DNA of 64,000 nt from Paraspadella gotoi (lineage: Eukaryota > Animalia > Chaetognatha), in NCBI GenBank assembly GCA_051294375.1, contig JBJCIZ010000810.1, forward strand, positions 80,472 through 144,471, given 5' to 3'. This document shows positions 60,701 to 64,000 of the stretch, piece after piece. Position 1 is the first letter of the stretch; every line of letters begins with the position of its first letter. The position numbers and the translations under genes were made by a program. The notes under the pieces are model-generated. The model made no database searches and was not told the DNA's origin. It saw only the letters and a list, made by a program, of their open reading frames with translations.

Positions 60701-62691
60701 CTTCCCCTGACTGCTGCTGCTGCTGCTTCGGTTTTCCGCCAGCCGGTTTCTGAGGTTCCTTGGCCGCTGCAGTTGGAGTTGCTGCAGATGCTGAAGGTTG
60801 CTTGGCCTTAGGATCCGCAGTTGCCTGGACGACGTGAACTTTTAGCAGTAGAGGCAGTCTTGTCCTTTTGGCCGCTTGAGCCAGCTGTACCCTTTGAGAA
60901 AAAGGGTGACTCCATCTCCAAAACACGATCCTGAAGAAAAGAGACAAAAAGCAGCAAAGCCAGCAGGCCTATTTGTCTTACAGTCATCTTATGATGATAC
61001 TTTCTCCAAGAATCCCTGATGAAGGGGACGCGGCGCTCTATGATCCTCCTCAGAACGTCAATAGAATCAAATTCTTTAAAATCACCATTGATTTCAGCGA
61101 TTCTAGACATCCTTTGGAGTTCCCAACAGAGCTCGCGTAGACCATCATGGTCAGAGGCTTTCACCTCACCCTTCTTCAAGAACTCTTCCAGTTTATCAAG
61201 AGCAGTACACTTTTGATAACCCCAATGCTCTCTTCACCTTGCCTTAGCAAGTTCCAGTGCTTGATCAACCATCAGCACACATTTTAAATTCCTGAATGGC
61301 CTGATTAGCAGCACCTTTGGTCCATTCTAAAAGTTCAAAAAACTTGTCATGCCTGACATACCCACTACACTCTCAACATGTAATGCAAACTCCATCAGGA
61401 ATGGCCACACCCAGCGGGAATTCCCTGACATTTCTCACCCTGAGATGGACGTTTCCGTTGAAGAGTGTTGCTGCCAACCATGTGCAGCAAGGCATAATCT
61501 TGATGGGTCATGATAGGTTGCTGAAGGACCGCAGGATGGACTGCTCCACTGACCACAGGCGCCGCCGACACTGGAACCAAAGGGAGGGAATTAATAATAG
61601 GTTCTTAGGAGCCCAAACCCCTGCCAAAGGGTTCAGAGTAGCAACACCTGACCTTTGTTGTTTTTCAGAGTTGTCAGTCTTGGGTTGGATCTTCCCTGCT
61701 CCAGTAGGAGAGACACCGGCTTCCGATGTTGGCTCCATGATCACCACTGAAGCAGATGGGTCAACCGGATGTTGCCGTGATGACCCAGCATCCTCTGCAT
61801 CTCCATTGTCGGTCACGGACGAGTGCTTTGATCTCCAGTCCGCGACACGTTCATCTGAAGGTTGGGAGGGTCTGCAAGGAGGGGAAGAATTCCATCATTA
61901 TCAATAGCTTCAATCATTTCCCAATCTAGCTCTCGTCTCAGCCAAGGCTTTTCTTTTCTGCCAGATCTTCCAATTCTAACTCCAATTCCAATTTTTCTTT
62001 TTTCTTTAACCTCATTTCTCTTTCCACTGCTGCCCCAGCTTCTAAAGCTGCCAGCTCTACCTTTAAAGATTTGACAGAACGAGAGCTTCTACTTGATCCA
62101 TGAGAAGAACCAGACCTGACCGAGCCCTCATCCCTCTTACTCCTAGACCTTCTGCTTGAGTGAGTGGACCGTCCCTTAGTGTTCCTACTAAGGCAGCTTT
62201 GAGCCCGCCCTGTGGCTCCACTTGGGGGCAATCCGACTCTGGATCAACCTCCCCCTCCCTTTGCAGCTGTCCTTCATCATCCTGTCCAGGATTAGAGATT
62301 ATCACTCTAGGCTTAACTACATCTGAGTGGGAGGGACATCCAAAGTTCCACCGGCAGGTTCAGGGAAGAAGGACTTAGGGGTGGGCCATAGTTGGGACTT
62401 CTAGGCAATCCTCGTGATTGTACCAGGCTTCCCATGCATTCAGTGAAGCCCTTGCCGCACTTACTTCATCACGGTTTTGCCTTAACTCGGTCAGAACTCC
62501 ATGTTGTCACACTTGTCCTGTCCAGCAGTCCCAGAAGCGGTCACAACCCGGCTCCGAGGCGCATAGGAAGGTTGTTTATCTTCACTCTCCACCTGACTCA
62601 GTTCCTCGGCCAGCGCCTGATGGGCGATCCTCAGCTCCTCGTCAGGCTGAAGTCGAGCCGACCGGCGAAGGGAAGAATGTCCTGAAGCCAT
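57726..62691 (-). pseudogene. BEL/Pao gag-pol with frameshifts and a deletion of the reverse transcriptase
   Basis: Knuckles CYRCLRRGHMRPDC..CSTCNSDQHHTLLH, ALLDSGS, DWDDPVP, LHLFGDAS, NPADMCSRG, LRVGGRL, RAVHLE, SDCGTNF, FWKRW; 5' LTR presumably lost in the gap at 63220. Confidence 0.92.
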
Positions 62692-63244
62692 GAGGATCTG
62701 ACAGGGGAAAGGAGAAAAAACAAGGAACGGACAATCAAATTATAGTTTAATTCATTATTCAAAATCTTATAATTCAAATCAATTCAATCTTATCTTAATG
62801 CCGGGCGACGTCCTCCGCAGTGCTGAGATGCAGAACCGCGGGCGCCGCACTCCAGCCGTTGTAGTGTGCAGCCAACGTCATTGAACGGAATCAGAGGAGG
62901 AGGAGCGGAGCAAATCTCGACGATCCTCTTCTCTCTGGCCTCGCTCGTCGCCGCGCCATCGATGAAACGTCGAGGGAGAGAGGGGAAAGACGTCGTCGAA
63001 TATTTATTTTGCTTTGGCGTCAGAGTTCTTGAGGATTCTGCACAGGGTTTCATGGGTTCCGGCATCGAGTTTTAGGCCTTAGCCAATTTAATTTTCGAAG
63101 CGACGATATTTCCATTTCACAGTCTTTTCACTTTAAAGGGGTCTCCACACGACAAAGATGCTACGACGTTTTCATTTTCGTTACGCGATCGAATTTTTCT
63201 TTGAACGTCGTTTTTAATTNNNNNNNNNNNNNNNNNNNNNNNNN

Positions 63245-63460
63245 ATCATGTCAAAACATCGAATTTTGCATGAATTATGCAAACAAAAAAATGATGTCCG
63301 TCCGCCCGTCCGTCCGTCCCACCTTAGCAAAAAACTCCAATATCTCGTGATTGGATGGTTGGATTGGAATTAAATTTTGTGTGTGGGTAGGAAATGTGTG
63401 TGATTGAAGCTGGATATAAAGTTTCGATGGAATCGTCGCGAGTGCGAAATTAGTTTAATC
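63245..63460 (+). mobile_element. HINE-like 5' end
   Basis: Hairpin ATCATG.CAAAA..TTTTGCATGA, (GTCC)n and core shared with 10380-10530 and 19550-19633. Confidence 0.55.
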
Positions 63461-63638
63461 TTTTTGTATATTTCTAACCAATAATATATTTTACATTAAT
63501 AATAATTAGATTGTATAGAGTTTGAAAGAAATTTCTGTGCTGTGCTGCGTAGTAAATGTGTTGACACTTACTTTTGAATCTTTTATACTTATTTAACCAT
63601 AATTACTGAATTAATAGCATCCAGGGGCAAACGGACTC

Positions 63639-63852
63639 GATCGGTGTAACTTGCCCTCGCTGTCTTGCTTACGGCTTTTTCTGCCTTTCTTTCTCTCTTG
63701 ACCAATCCCAGAGAGCTGGCTTCCCTCGCGGGAATCGGAAACGGATTTGATCGCCTGTAACTTTCCTTCCCGCTCTGTCTTTGTTTGGCTTTTCTGCCCT
63801 TTCTTCTCTCTTGACCAATCAGCAGCAGGTGGCTTCCCTCGCCGGAATCGGA
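63639..63852. repeat. Two imperfect tandem copies of a 110-120-bp unit
   Basis: TTCTCTCTTGACCAATC..GGCTTCCCTCGC.GGAATCGGA occurs twice. Confidence 0.6.
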
Positions 63853-64000
63853 CGGAGACATGATGAGAGGAAGAAACAGGCAGTCTTCCAACTACTCAAG
63901 CAACACCACACCATTTCACACAAATTCCAAGTTCACTGAACTATTTACTTTATATTTTAACCACTCGTTTCTTTATCACTCATACATTCTCCCTAGTTCT

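Noticed and set aside
63249-63258. GTCAAAACA as the start of the BEL 5' LTR
   Set aside because: Better explained as an arm of a HINE-like hairpin; the match does not extend and no TSD follows

Overview
AT-rich, repeat-dominated animal-type genomic DNA from a noisy, gap-filled assembly: five 25-N gaps, one 206-N gap, many single-base indels, and duplicated blocks beside the gaps. No complete host gene is visible, only a few possible exons. Main contents: (1) a full-length, very young Ty3/gypsy element of the CsRN1 type (24931-30209) and a truncated duplicate; (2) two BEL/Pao families; (3) several solo LTRs with target-site duplications (TSDs); (4) a Transib-like non-autonomous DNA transposon with RSS-like ends; (5) a Mutator/Foldback-like minisatellite element; (6) several DINE-1/Helentron-like (HINE) elements; (7) a 71-bp satellite and microsatellites. 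The most interesting signal is a 660-bp non-coding miniature LTR retrotransposon (TRIM, 54214-54873, minus strand, plus a solo LTR at 30352-30574). Its LTRs carry a 72-nt tRNA-like Pol III promoter module, and its tRNA-Trp-type primer-binding site nearly matches that of the gypsy element in the same window. Also notable: the same AT-hook peptide (KRGRPRKQP) at the C-terminus of both the gypsy and a BEL integrase, and a -1 frameshift signal with a candidate pseudoknot. All coordinates were read by eye and no searches were run.
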